NCBI GenBank assembly: GCA_012026655.1
Contig: JAAILG010000964.1
Location: forward strand, 1 to 64,000
From: Hydrolagus affinis
Taxonomy: Eukaryota
Direction: 5' to 3'
DNA: 64,000 bases
Below the pieces are notes generated by a model. The model was not told the origin of the DNA and searched no databases. It was given only the letters and a program-made list of their open reading frames with translations. This document shows positions 1 to 13,100 of this stretch, piece after piece. Positions within the stretch are counted from its first letter, which is position 1, and every line of letters begins with the position of its first letter. The translations under genes and the position numbers were made by a program.

Positions 1-138
1 CCCCTTCGTGTTTCACCCCCGCCCAAACACTCCCCTCCCAGCTCGGGTCACACTCCCACTGTGCAGCGCCTTGGGACGTCCTCCCGACGTGAAAGGCGCT
101 CTATAAATGTAATTTGTTGTTGTTGTTGTTGTTGTTGA
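1..138 (+). mobile_element. L2-clade LINE 3' end with (GTT)n tail
   Basis: GCGCCTTGGGACGTCCTCCCGACGTGAAAGGCGCTCTATAAATGTAATTT followed by (GTT)n. The same terminus is joined to RT sequence at 3465-4612. Confidence 0.8.
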
Positions 139-640
139 TACAGTGTGGTTGGGAAATAAAGAATCTATTGCTTCAGATGTATTCGTGAAAGCCACACAGT
201 TGTTTCCAAGAACTGAAAAAAACATTGACAAACCAGAGGAGCTGTGAATGCAACATCATTTGATTTACTATGATCCTTTTTTCTGCTGTATTAACTATTT
301 GTCCTTAAGACGTACAAAAAAAAAGTCAACAACAAAAGGACACTTGCCATGCAACGAGACAGAGTAACTTCCTTTCTTTTTACATGACAATGAATTAGTC
401 AACAGATTCATTTGTTCAGTCTCAATTCCACTGAAGAAATACCCTTCAACAAGAACAACAAAATTATATTTGTATAGCATTTTTGGCTCTAATCATGGAT
501 TGTTTATGTTTTGCTCAAGCCATTTTAAAAATAAACTATTAATGGCAATATTATATTGGTCACATTTAGTTAGTTATTCTGAATCATTTTGCATTTTTAA
601 GCAAGACTTTGGATATATGAATGAAGCAAAAGTTACTTAA

Positions 641-750
641 TAATAATCCTTGCATTTACTATAGCACCTAATCACATCATTCAGACGTATCAAAGCACTT
701 CACAGAATATATTGTAAAGTGAATTGACTGTGTTTTATGGGCAAAACGCT
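641..750 (-). mobile_element. tRNA/Deu-type SINE, 3' fragment
   Basis: TAATAATCCTTGCATTT...CAAAGCACTTCACAGAATAT...GTGAATTGACTG matches the full copy at 18731-19031. Confidence 0.75.
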
Positions 751-2148
751 TATTTAACATAATTTGTTATTGTAATTTTAGAAAACATTGGACAATGTCC
801 TAAAACTGCAATTATGCTTATAAAATTGTTTTGTATAATATATATTGCATTATTCAGCCCTTGGATAAAGTCCAGCCACAAAAATAAACTTCAGATGATC
901 TATTAGTCTTAGCTCAACTAATATTTAGTCCAAAATATAAAATTCTCCTCTAAGAATTGTTAAGCTCAATCTTGGAGGTCAAAAGGATTGATAGTGTGGG
1001 AAACAAAAATGTCACACTGCAACAAGAGAGGATATTCTTTTGTGGTTGGGGTTAAGCATTATTGCTCTGACAGAATTTCCACTCTTCATCTAAGTTACCG
1101 GATAGGATATCTGATCTTGGAATTACTCAATACCAACAATGGGTGCAAAAATATACTGTAAACATTCATTATGTTTCCAATTGCAAACCAGAAAATGTAG
1201 ACTTTGAAAATGTATGCCTCACATTTACATGTATTGGATGTTTCAATATACACCATAAAGAAATCACCAGACAATTTAGGATTGATGCTGCTCCCTGAAA
1301 GGGTATATTTAAGTTGCGCAGGCCTCCATCAGGCAATATAATCACTGTAATTGCCAATCTGCCTGGGGAGGATGAACTGAAACTGGTTCACATATCCAAC
1401 AGGATAACATTAAATTGGATTACTAAATTCTCTGTATCATTTATGCAGTGACAAGTATGTACAGGGCCAACTGTCACTTGAAGTTCAAAAAGAAGAGACA
1501 AATACAAGTTCTTTCCTCTTCAAATCAGCAAAACACATAAAAGAGGAAGCTGAAATCTACAAAGCTGAAATAGATGAATGCTCCCTTTCTCTGTGAAAAT
1601 AAGGTTAATCAAATACCAGAATGTCAAGGAAGGTGTATTATATTGTTACAAGTGTTAATCCCATACTTTGAGCAAAGCAGGAGTTCTGGAATCAGCTCCA
1701 TTTCCACCGTATTATTTTGTTAAATACATACTTAAACTTACTTGGTATAACAAAAGTAGCAGCTTGATTTTGCATGGAGAAATATCTTCGATACAAAGAT
1801 TAAGTATCTATCAGGATTTACATTCACATTATTATTGCAGCAACACTCAATATGAAACTTATGATTTGCCAGCATCAAACTTAATTTAACAAAATAAAGG
1901 AGCACAATCTTCTGTATAGACAAATAACCTATCTTCAAAGGTTTATCCACTTTCCTTGAGATGTATTAAAATTTTAGCTGAATGAGAAATGCAAACAATA
2001 AAGCTTATCTTTAAATAATAAGGAAGTTTCATCAATTTAGTGCAATTAAGCATTGCACCTTCACTGCAACCAAAGAGGGCCCATTTTACCACAATCGCAT
2101 TACATCATGAAAAGCAATCAAGTTTATAGCTTTGTTTCACATTTAAAT

Positions 2149-2232
2149 TATAATAGTTCTTGTATTTGATAGCGCCTTACCACGTCTTCAAGACATCTCA
2201 AAGTGCTTCACAGAATATAGTGTGGAGTGAAT
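2149..2232 (-). mobile_element. tRNA/Deu-type SINE, 3' fragment
   Basis: AGCGCCTTACCACGTCTTCAAGACATCTCAAAGTGCTTCACAGAATAT, the same SINE tail. Confidence 0.7.
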
Positions 2233-3464
2233 ACCAAAGACTGAGGTTTCCCGAAGTTATTGTGCAGGACATGTTTAGAATTTTAATGGCTTTTTAGTAC
2301 ATCCTCAGGACTGCTATGACTTTCCATGTAAGGCAGCGGAGCACTGGATATAGAAGCTTGCTTCCCGCATCCCATGATGCTGCTCCCGTCTGTCAGATTT
2401 GCCTGTCAACTTTGATGCTTTTTTAGAGAAGCAGAACAAGCTTAAATTACTATGACTGCAAACCATAAATGAGAGCCCAGTGCTTTGAAACCATCAGATC
2501 AATCAGAAGATCATTTACTTGGAAGGGTTATTTGGTAAAGTGAGAGATGTACATCAACCACCCGCACCTGAAGGCTGAGGCAGCAAAACGACAACAACAA
2601 ATTGTCATTGGCATTCCATTTATGAACCTTCAGACGGCATCAGAGTTCTGTTCTATGGGAAACCAGATAAGGTCAGACTTGCACCTGAATATTTCTTAAC
2701 AAGCTACCATCAAAAGAAGTTATGATTTGAATAAAAAGGCTATCATGCCTTGATTTCAATATCAAAGGGATCAACTGTGAACTCTCAGTGCAGGAAAATC
2801 TCCCCAAGCTGCATCAGGCAGGTGTTTAATAATCTATTATTTAGGATTTATTTTAGGTTCGTATATAAAAAATAGCTGTGTTTCCCAGAAACCACAAACG
2901 GGATAGCACAAAGGAAAGAATGTTATTAACATACTATTAACAGTTCAAAAGAATGATATGACACACCAATCAAACTTGTTAATTGACTGTCAATGATCTG
3001 TCCTTAAAAATGCAACATGAGTGCATAATGCAGCTCTAAATCTGACAGGAAGACAGTTACATTTGCATTAGTCTCATAAACTAATCAACAATCAGAATAT
3101 AATGTACATTTTTAATGCATTAGGCAATTGTTTGAATATGCATTCTTTTTCCACTGGGCAATGGGAGATTAAATGAAGAATTCTTCTGAACTATTATTGA
3201 CATCAGCATTATCCCTTTTGAAATTCTTGTATTTAAGTAATTTATTAGCATAGATTCCATGGTTTCACTTCTATAAAGTTCACGTTTCCATTACTTTATT
3301 AAAAAAGATAAATCCTGAAAATGGCCATACCTACCCAAAACACAATCAAAAATGTTGATTTAATTTGCATTCATTGTTACTATTCATGTTTTTAAAAGGC
3401 AGATTGTAAGCAAAATTTTAATCTTCTGGAAATTCTTTCTAGGGAAACTAAAATATGATAACTT

Positions 3465-4612
3465 ACAACAAAATTATATTTGTATAGTGCCTTTCACATT
3501 GGGAAAACGTCCCAAGGCGCTGGCCAGTCAGGGTTTCAACCCGAGCTGGGCTCGGAAGGGTGGAGGGAAAGGAGGGGATTTCAGGTGACTGATGGGACTG
3601 TTGAAGAGGAGAGTCTTGAGGTGGGAATTGAAGGAGGCTAGGGAGGGGGCAAGGTGGAGGGACTGCAGGACGGAATTCAAGAGGTTAGGGGCAGAGTGGC
3701 TGAAGGCTCGCCCGCCAATGGTGGGGAGGTGTGGGTTGGGGGACAGGGAGCAGGCCGGAGCCTATTGAGCGGAGGGTGTGGTAGAGGACACGGGCTGCAG
3801 AGTTCTGGATTATCCGCAGCCTGTGGAGGGAGGAATAGGGAAGGCCGACAAGCAGGGTGTTGGTGTAGTCGAGCCTGGATGTGATGAAGGCATGAATGAG
3901 AATTTCAGCGGCCAGAGGGATGAGATAGTGGTGGAGTCGGGCGATATTGCGAAAGTGAGGGAAGGCAGAACGGATCATGGCTTGGATGTTCCTGACTGGC
4001 TTGGTGAGGTGGAGTGTGCAACCATGGAGGTTGATGCTATCAGTGCCTGATGTGTGAAGGCACTGGCACGAACCGATCAAGAGGGCCTCGGTCTTGTTGG
4101 CATTCAGCTTTAGAAAGTTAGTTCTCAAGGACTTGATGTTTGACAGGCTGAATGTCAGGACAGCAATGGTCCTGGATTCTAGGGTAGAGGGAGAAAGATA
4201 GAGTTGGATGTCATCCGCATACATATGGAAGCTTGACCCCCATGTATGGGGGTGTCACCAAGATATGTAGATGTTGAAAAGTACGAGGCCAAGGAGAGAG
4301 CCCTGGGGATGCCACAGGTGACAGTGCAGCGGCTTGAGGAGAAGCCATTGGTGGTGACAAAGTGGAGACGGTGAGAAAGGTAAGAGTCGAACCAGGCGAG
4401 GACAGGTCCATGAAGATTGAGCAGGGAGGAGAGACAGTGTAAGAGGATGGAGAGGTTGACAGTGTCAAAAGTAGTGAGAGGTCAGGAGGCAGAGTCCTGA
4501 TCACAGAAGTTTTAAAATATCGTTTGACCAGGGCTGTCTCCGTGCTATGGGAAGCACAGAAACCAGTTTGTAGGGGTTCAAAGAGGGAATGGTGAGAGAG
4601 AAATGAGCAAAG
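3465..4612 (-). mobile_element. 5'-truncated, frameshifted L2-clade LINE (reverse transcriptase C-terminal part and 3' UTR)
   Basis: ORF 3685..4224 contains YADDIQLYLS, NFLKLNANKTE, LIHAFITSRLDYTNTLLVGLP and LRIIQNSAARVL. The tail ACAACAAAATTATATTTGTATAG starts at about 3465. Confidence 0.93.
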
Positions 4613-7600
4613 CTTACAAGTAATAGAATGTCTTGGGAAGGGAGAGAGGGAGACAACCTTCCAGAAGAGATTTTTTATTGACTTTTAAATTATCTGTGCT
4701 TTGAATGAAATACAATTATTCCAGTAAGTACTGATGCTCTGCAATTTGTACTTAATGTGCATTTCATCCTTGAAGAGTAGTAAAATATTAACAATCTGGA
4801 ATAAAAGCGCATTTCTAATATTACAAGTTTTTTTTAAAACAAAAACACATACTTGTGATTTTAGTTTGTACATTGGTTTACAACTCAGTTATGTCTTTGA
4901 GAGCCTTAGAGGTTAGGATGTGGGATCTTGATATGGTGAGCTCATAATCTCAGCAATAACATTAGGGAGCACAATAAGGGCAGGGAGAAGAAAAGGTCAT
5001 AATGTGAGTTAGGTTGAGCTGCTCTCTGTATGTACAAAACTGGGGCAGTTTGATTACTCCCTTCCATTGGGGAACTGTGTGCAATCGAATGTTCCTAATG
5101 TGTGTAAACAAATTGAAAGTACAATGGCTTTTTAACAAAAAATTCAATAAAGCTTCATATAAAGCTTTTAAGGAAAACAAGAATTATTGCACCGGACTGT
5201 ATTCCGAAGATAAAAGATAAAAATGTAGATACAACTGTATCTTGGGTCCCAACTGAAAATCCCAAATCTGCATAATGTATAAACATTTTAAGCATTGTAC
5301 TGTAACATTCAGATTATGCATAAAAATATCTGATAGTTGTCATTTATTTACAGATTTTATGATTGTTCTGACTAGAATGTTAATGAGTGTTCAGAGTCTG
5401 GCCATATGGAGAAAATGTCATATGGTAGCATAATGAATCCAACTGGGAAATGGTTCTGATGAAAACAAAATCACAAATATGCTAACAGTGAAACATCATT
5501 CTAAAGAAATCAATTATTGCAGTAAACAAAGGATAGTTAGGAGTCAGTCATCAAATTGAATAAACCATAAAGGAAAAGCCTGACTTTGTACAGAAAAGTA
5601 ATAACCAAATTCCTTGCTTTCATCTGATGCACTAAATGAACACATACATAGTGCAGATGGTTTCTCATGTAACAACACATTTGTGGTGTGGAATGTATGT
5701 GTATATGTCATTCTTTACTCAATAACTATTTTTCGACATAGTACCCTACTCACAGTAATAATAAAATATAGAACTTACCAGTCAGCATTCTGGACTGGAT
5801 AAGTGTGATATTAAATTTATTCACAGAACATTTCCTACATAAGCTCGCATTTCTTCCTTTCTAACCTGCGAATATTTTCAACTGTACTGTAAAAAAACCC
5901 TGAATTTTAATTTTTACCAGCATGTCTATATGAATTACTGCTAGACATCAGTCATTGGTTTCTCATAATTTAGGTCAGAGCAGGGGGTGTTCTTATTTAT
6001 TCAACACAGTTATATGCGATTGAAAAGAGAAACCACTGGAGACTTATTAAATAGTTTATTGAAAAAGATTATAATGGTCTTGAAACCTAAATTAAACATG
6101 CAGTGGGCTGGGTTTTTAAGAAACATTATTTAAATCCTCTCTTTTGTAATACTTTTTTGTTCCATATACAGGTATATTAGTTGATAGCCTCTAATGTATT
6201 GAAATGACTATAAAATACAGTGCATACATCAATGACGCTCTCATAATAAACTCAATTAATTCAAATAGGGATTTTAAATCATTTATTACTACATCTGCAT
6301 TCTAATATTATCACATAAAACAAGATTATTTTAATATAGCTGATCTAAGAAGCAGTGAACGTATATCTTACTCTAATTTAACTGACTGGGCAGTATTTTT
6401 GCATCATTTAGATTTTTTAAATGGTATAATTTGCAATTCCAAGGATTTGATTACTTTATACCTGGGGTGCAGAGTAACTGGTGCATCAGGAGCATAGTTT
6501 AAACAGATTGGCAAAAACCGAATTAGAAGAGTAGATTAGAATAGGAATACTTTAGATCCTTGCAAACAAAATTACATTTTGTATCAGAGCTGCCTGACAA
6601 TAGTTTTAGTTTTGGTGGTCGCAAGATTTCTACATGCAAACTTCCATTTTTTTTTGAAACCAGCACACTAATCCTTGCAATGGATGGGACATTACTGTAA
6701 ATAAAGTGGAGAATAAATGGTACATCTACCTTCACACCAAAAGCCCTAGAATTGTTCAGATTGAGATTAAGAAAATATCAAAAACATAGCTTAGACCTCC
6801 AAGAAATGGGCCTGTTAGAAGCAATGACTGCCATAATGCCACTGCAGACTATCAATATAAATGCTTAAATCCATGTTAATACAATTTTCTTAATTTTTCA
6901 AATGCAAGAACCTTGGTTGTACCTCCCACCCTCACCTCACCAATTTATCAGATGTTTGTTTAAGTGAATTTGACTGCTGAATCATATTATTAGTGCTTCT
7001 TTTGCCCCAAATTGGCCTTGCCACAAGCAAGGAAAGTCAATTTAACATGCTAACAAATGGCAACAAAGCATTATAATTGAAAAAGATGTTGTACATCATT
7101 TAAAGCAAAGTTTTGTAAAAGAGAACTCTTCCCTAATTTTAAGACTTCATCATTCATAAGTATCCATGAGGTACCAGACAAAGAAAATAAACACTTGGAG
7201 ATGATTAAATTACAAATAAATTAGACAACACAATGATATTTTACTCCATTATTTTACTTCTACTCTCCTTTATCCTGTAGCAATTATCCAAATAAAACCC
7301 TCAGTTTGCTACAATTGTCCTACGGGGCCTTATTCCCTTTCTGGCACTTTTAATTTTTATGCAGGTTTTGTTGTAGCATTAATTGAATCATATTGAAATT
7401 GATATTCAATGCATGTGTTTGACATGCCTCATTATAAAAATTTGTATATTAATATCAAAAGATGGTTTCCATACAATTCTACAAAAATGTGCAAAAGAGA
7501 TTGCTAAAGAAAGAGAAGTGCCTTTCCTATTAACTGAATACTTTTTGTGGTACAACACCATTTTTTATTTTTCCAATTACATTTAACAGTTAAAAACCCA

Positions 7601-9099
7601 ATTTAAAAAGCACTTCAAGCACTAAATTCTTACCAGTGGGTTATAGGATTTTTTTAAATAGTAATTTCAGGTGATAAACATCAAATGGATCACATTTATA
7701 AGTTGCACAACATCTTAAAGAGATAATACATCAATTAGGTCAATTTTCTCACATTTGTCCGTTTTAAAAAAATAAATGAACTAATGGTAAATCTATCATA
7801 TCAAAAACAATTGAGCAATACTTCACCCTTAAAAAAAATTGCACACGATTGTTATTTCAACACCCAAATTCAGCAATGCAGTCAAGTGTTCAAATCTATG
7901 ATTATTAAGGTTGTATTTCTGGAATCTCAGTTTTGCCCAACACACACGTTGGCTTATATTCTCTATATTACATTTAATCATCTATTCCTTTTACTCCATC
8001 AAACTTCAAACACCAATAAATGTTGCATTTGTGTTTACAAATCGTTCTGTCACTCTAAGCATAGTACTGTACAATATTGTGCTTAAAGAACCAATAATCA
8101 ATGCCATTGAGCTACCTATATAAAGCAAAGTACAGTAATAATTTTTCAGTGCAAAGCAGAAAAACACAAATGCATATTCATATACCTGACTAATATTCTG
8201 TACACTTCAATCGTTCTGTGCAATTGATGTAAATCTTTTTAGAATGTAAATTTTTTTAAGAGGTTTTCAATGATAGTTTTAGCAATTATTTGTTCCCGTA
8301 CAACCTAATACTAACATTTACTCATAACTCAAACTAAGGAATAAATTAATACTATATATCTAACAAATAACAATACAAGGAAAATAGTAAATCTTCAACA
8401 CTTAAATCACTTGTGGTTGCAATATTTCAACATAGTGGATATCGTAAATCTTCTAGTGAGCTGTCAAAAGAAGCTATTATTCATCTTATGCATAACCTTT
8501 GGTAACTTTACACTTCAATAGAAAAACATTTGCTTTAAACAGTGTGGATATTCTTACAATGAGGAACATCTTCTCTTTTTAGAAATGTATAGATAAGTCA
8601 AAATCTGCTCCAAATCCTATTTCAAAAACCACAACTATTGGTCCAAATATCCATATTGATATGGAAATACATAGTGAAATTGTTTCTATCAATGTGGTGT
8701 ACTAATGTATTGTAGAGCAATACTGTAGCAAATAGATAGGGGGAGTGTTGTCTACTCTGGATTGTTATTTCTTTTTTAATATTTATATGTAGTAGGTTTC
8801 AAATTAATTCCTACTTAATCAAGGAGCCAAGCTGCTATTTTTTCTAAACTTATCCGCATGAAATGGAGTACACAGACAATCTAATCATATTGAGATATTG
8901 CAGTCTTTTTATGAGGCTATCAGCACGGCTGGTTGTGAAAGAAAGGAAAAAAAATTGCCAAGCGCACTACATACTGTAATTTAAAACAAAACAAAAAGGA
9001 TTAAAAAGTATTCATTTTATATTTTCAAAGCTCGGCAAAATGTAACAGTTTAATGTTACTGTGCATGTCGACAATATTTTATATTTATTTTAGCACTTC

Positions 9100-10150
9100 T
9101 GAAATCCCCAACCCACGAATGCTCAACTGTCACATATGATCAGCGTTACTTAAGTGCCCTTATAAACCTTGTTATTTCAATGTATGTAATAAGCGAAAAG
9201 GCAGACATCGGTGAATGTCTCGTGAAATATCACCAAATCCTGCTCAATATTTATATGGTAAATCGTGTAACCTATGCGTGCGTACAAGTTTATTGGAGGG
9301 AAAAATCTAAAATACCAAAAGAATGGCATCATCGTCAGTTTGTCCATAAATAGACTGTGGTCATTTCATGACATTGGACCTTTTCTTCTTGCTACGCTAC
9401 TGTAAATAAGCGTGTTCCCTTGCCTGTCTGCTTTCCTCATGCCCATTTCCAGAAATGCCGCAGCAGATAAGTAACACTGTCATGTCCGTTTTGTCAACTA
9501 CATGCTGATTATCCTTTCTATTGGCAGTTTGTGAACATTATCAAGGTCAGAAGCAATCACTCAGAAGACACCTCCTGATGCTGTTATAGTTAATGACGAT
9601 TTCTCTGAGAAGACTTCTTTCAGCAGAGGCAATCTGTTATTATAATAATGGCAAACGGAAATTATAGGACTTCATATTTTTTGTCAGCTGTTTCATTTAC
9701 TTAAAAAGCTTTAAAAGCAAAGAATGCAAAAAAAATAGATTGGTGAATATTAACAGGCACGGATCATGCAAAATTGGCTATATTGTTTGTGTACAGCAAG
9801 ATTACTTGTAATGAATGGTGATATTTGCTGAGTTCAATTCTCCTTGTATTAGGGCAAATGCCCACTGTTTTCAACTGTCTGGACCTCAGCTTTTGACAAA
9901 TTGGTTGTGAGGCATTTACGACTGATGCACATATCGGAAAATCATTTCTGCCAAGTTTCCTTCGTGACCTGCCCGTGGGACATGACATGCTCCAAGACGC
10001 ATCGCTCTATCAAACCACATCTTTCCAGAACAATGCAAATTATGACAAATTCCATCATCCTGCATTATGCGCTTCATGCTAATCTCCCTAATTCGAGAGA
10101 ATCAGGAGGCTCGCTGTTCTGCTGAAGGGCATGTTGTCTGATTGAATGAT
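9100..10150. promoter_or_regulatory. Candidate intronic enhancer / conserved non-coding block
   Basis: No recognisable repeat and no credible ORF, but visibly more CpG than the flanking intron. Contains an octamer ATGCAAAT (10033-10040) and TGACA/TAAT motifs. Function is not shown by the sequence. Confidence 0.35.
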
Positions 10151-13100
10151 AGTGAAAAAACATCCACAATCCCCTTTGCCTCCTAATCCCAGCTGTGCCC
10201 ACCTCTGCCCTCAAAGCACCATTTTTTTGTGTCTTTAACTTTTGCAAAAAAATTAACTTACCAACCACTTAATAGCCTCTTATGTTTAGGTTAGTAGAAA
10301 TTAAGTGTTTTAATTTCTTGCTAAAGTGAATATTATATATTTTAGATGAGAAATGTTAATGTACTCATTTCTACCTCTTCCTGCTGTCTTCCCAGGCCTG
10401 TCAGACTGTCACATTGGGAATGCAACCACACTGAGAAGCTAGGACTTCTCCCACACTGGCTTCTGAACCAATCATTTAGAAGATGGGATTCAGGCAATTC
10501 TGGACCTCAGCGAGTTGACTTTGCGAGGTTGCGCTGCTTGCTTTCAGCAATTGGACAACCTGCAGAAGACACTAAAAAGTCTCCAGGACACACTCTCAAT
10601 TAGGTGATGATGCGTCCCAGTTTCAGAAGGTGGCAGCATTACTGCATGGAACAGGTCAGCAGGCAGCATAACATGGCAAACAAATGCAATATTCTCCAAT
10701 AAATATGCAAATTTTGAACTCAATTAGGATTCTGAGTTATTAAAATTCAGGATTTAGAACTACAGAATCATCTGAACGTTTTAGTTCCATATACAAATAT
10801 CATTTCTTCTGCATATACATTTCTGTACTTATAAAAGTGGCTTGTATTGTAGGTTAATCTTCATTCAAACATTGGTGATTGCAAAACATTGATTATAACA
10901 TTATACAAAAAAGAGTCAGTAATTTATGTTTCTGCATTACTTCAGAACATTGTGCAGGTGAAAAAGAATAAGATTAAGAATGTTTCCATTTCATTTATAC
11001 GGTTTCTAAAGTGTTAACTTATATTTGATAGTTTTTCTTAACCTAAGCTGCTGTGATTTTTTAGATATATTGGGAAAGAATCAGTAGACCAAAAGCTGAA
11101 TGATTGAATGGAATAAATTGTCACATTCTGCTTTCATTAATACAAAATGTTATGCTTTAGTTAGATCTTGAACCACTGACAGAAGAAAAATCTGGACATT
11201 AACTTGTTTGGACAGAAGATATTTTTAGTTAGGCCTGAGCAGATTCACTACTACGTTGCCCCAAGTCCGTCCTTGTATGTCTACATCTGTATCTGAGACT
11301 GATAATGGCTGCAGCCCTATATGGATTAGGTTATGAGAAACCCAAAAGTTTGAATTTAAAAAAATTCTGATCAACAATGTATTCGTATCATTTTTGTTTT
11401 TAAAGAATTTTATTTCATAGGAAATGAAACTGGCAAAAAGGCTTGCTTTAAGTCATCATGAATAACAAAGCCCAAAAGGCCCTCAGAGTGCTAAACGTTC
11501 AGGTATGTATATTGAAGACAGCTGCAATCAGGACAGCAAACATTTTACTAGACTGTAATTTGAGCACAGTAAAATCTCAGTAGTATTTGTCCATGTGAGT
11601 GGTGTTTGCTTATCGGGTTATTACAAAACAAATTTGAGAATACATCAGTCGATGTAAATGTATTGAAAAAAAGGAAAATATATTACATTGAGTCAGTTCA
11701 TAATTATTTTCAAAAGCCAGAATAAAGGCATCAATTTTAATTAACTAGTTATTGTAAAAGAAATGCCCTTTCCAAGTTGTATAAAAAAAATGATACTTGT
11801 GAATGTGAACACTTGACATTAAATACCTAGAACAGCTTTAGGTCAGTGCGCAAGCTTCTATCTGGGGCTGAGCGATGCTCCACTGAATATACTGAACAGC
11901 AGAGGGTGCTGGGAGGGTTAACTTAGGTGCTGACATGTCATGCCTCACTGCTTCCAGGGTACCTGGTGCTCAGAGATAGTGCAAAACTGCCTAATACAAT
12001 CCATACAGAGTATGCTTTACAATACTATTTCATATGAAATAAGTTGACTAATTTGTTTAATACTGCACTGTCTTGTTATTAAGAAAAACTCCCATGATAC
12101 AGCTATTATTGAGGTTCATTATGGAATATTCCTTTAAATGCCAAGTTAGATCAAGAATATCATGAGTTTAACAAAAGGTGATGACCGTCAATCAGCTCAG
12201 CAACAGACCTGGATTGGCGAGCAATGGACCAATTGATTAAAACTCAACTTGCCAACTGGAACAGAAGATGGTAATGTCCAACTTTTCACTTGGCAATGCC
12301 AAGTGAAAGAAAACACACTAAAGTAAAACATGCCATTGTAGTTTTTATAACCAGCCACTAGAAAAAAAATCAGTACAAGAATATGCTCAACAATGGATAT
12401 TTAGCCTAATGTCATTGTTAGATAAATAGAAACAGACATTCAACTGACATCATACAACACAAACTCGGCAAAAGTCCTGACAATGGGGGGTTGGGGTAGC
12501 AGGGAGTATCTTTGCTCACTAATTCATTCAATCTTTTGAGGCTGCAGTAACTCTTTTACCTGCAGACTATTGCAACCCACATAATGTTAACTTTTAAATT
12601 GTATTTTAAATACAGGAAAGTGCTCAAATTGCTCTGCATACAGTAGATAGTGGAAGCTTACAATTACTGTAGTTAGAATAGTTACCTCCTTCATTATTCT
12701 GTCCTTTTGGTGTCTATATTTCAAAAATTCTTATTCTTACCCAGAGTTTAAAGGTGAGTAAGGACATCCAATCCAAGGATATGATTTGAAGGCAACAATG
12801 TTTGTCATTAAAAACAATGAGTAGCCTGGAGTCCAAAGTTTGGAATCATTTTGGTCACGACTCCTCTATCATCCAAAACCCTAATTTATAAAAATGTGGT
12901 CAAAAGATAAAAAATATCATACATTATACGAGTTGTTTTTTCCCTATCACTGCACATAATGTTACTAGGTAACATTTTAAGTAAGTAAAACAGTAATCTG
13001 AATCACCCCTGTCCAATTAATCTATTCATTCCAATCGAGAGTATGTATGACACTGTATGTTTCAGTATACAGTGAAATAAAGCTTAGTCCAGTGCAATTC

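Noticed and set aside
1169-1380. Minus-strand ORF with LAITVIILPDGG, faintly like the end of a Rid domain
   Set aside because: It lacks the LP.GA.VE pattern and convincing splice sites, and the intervening Rid-2 exons were not found upstream of it.
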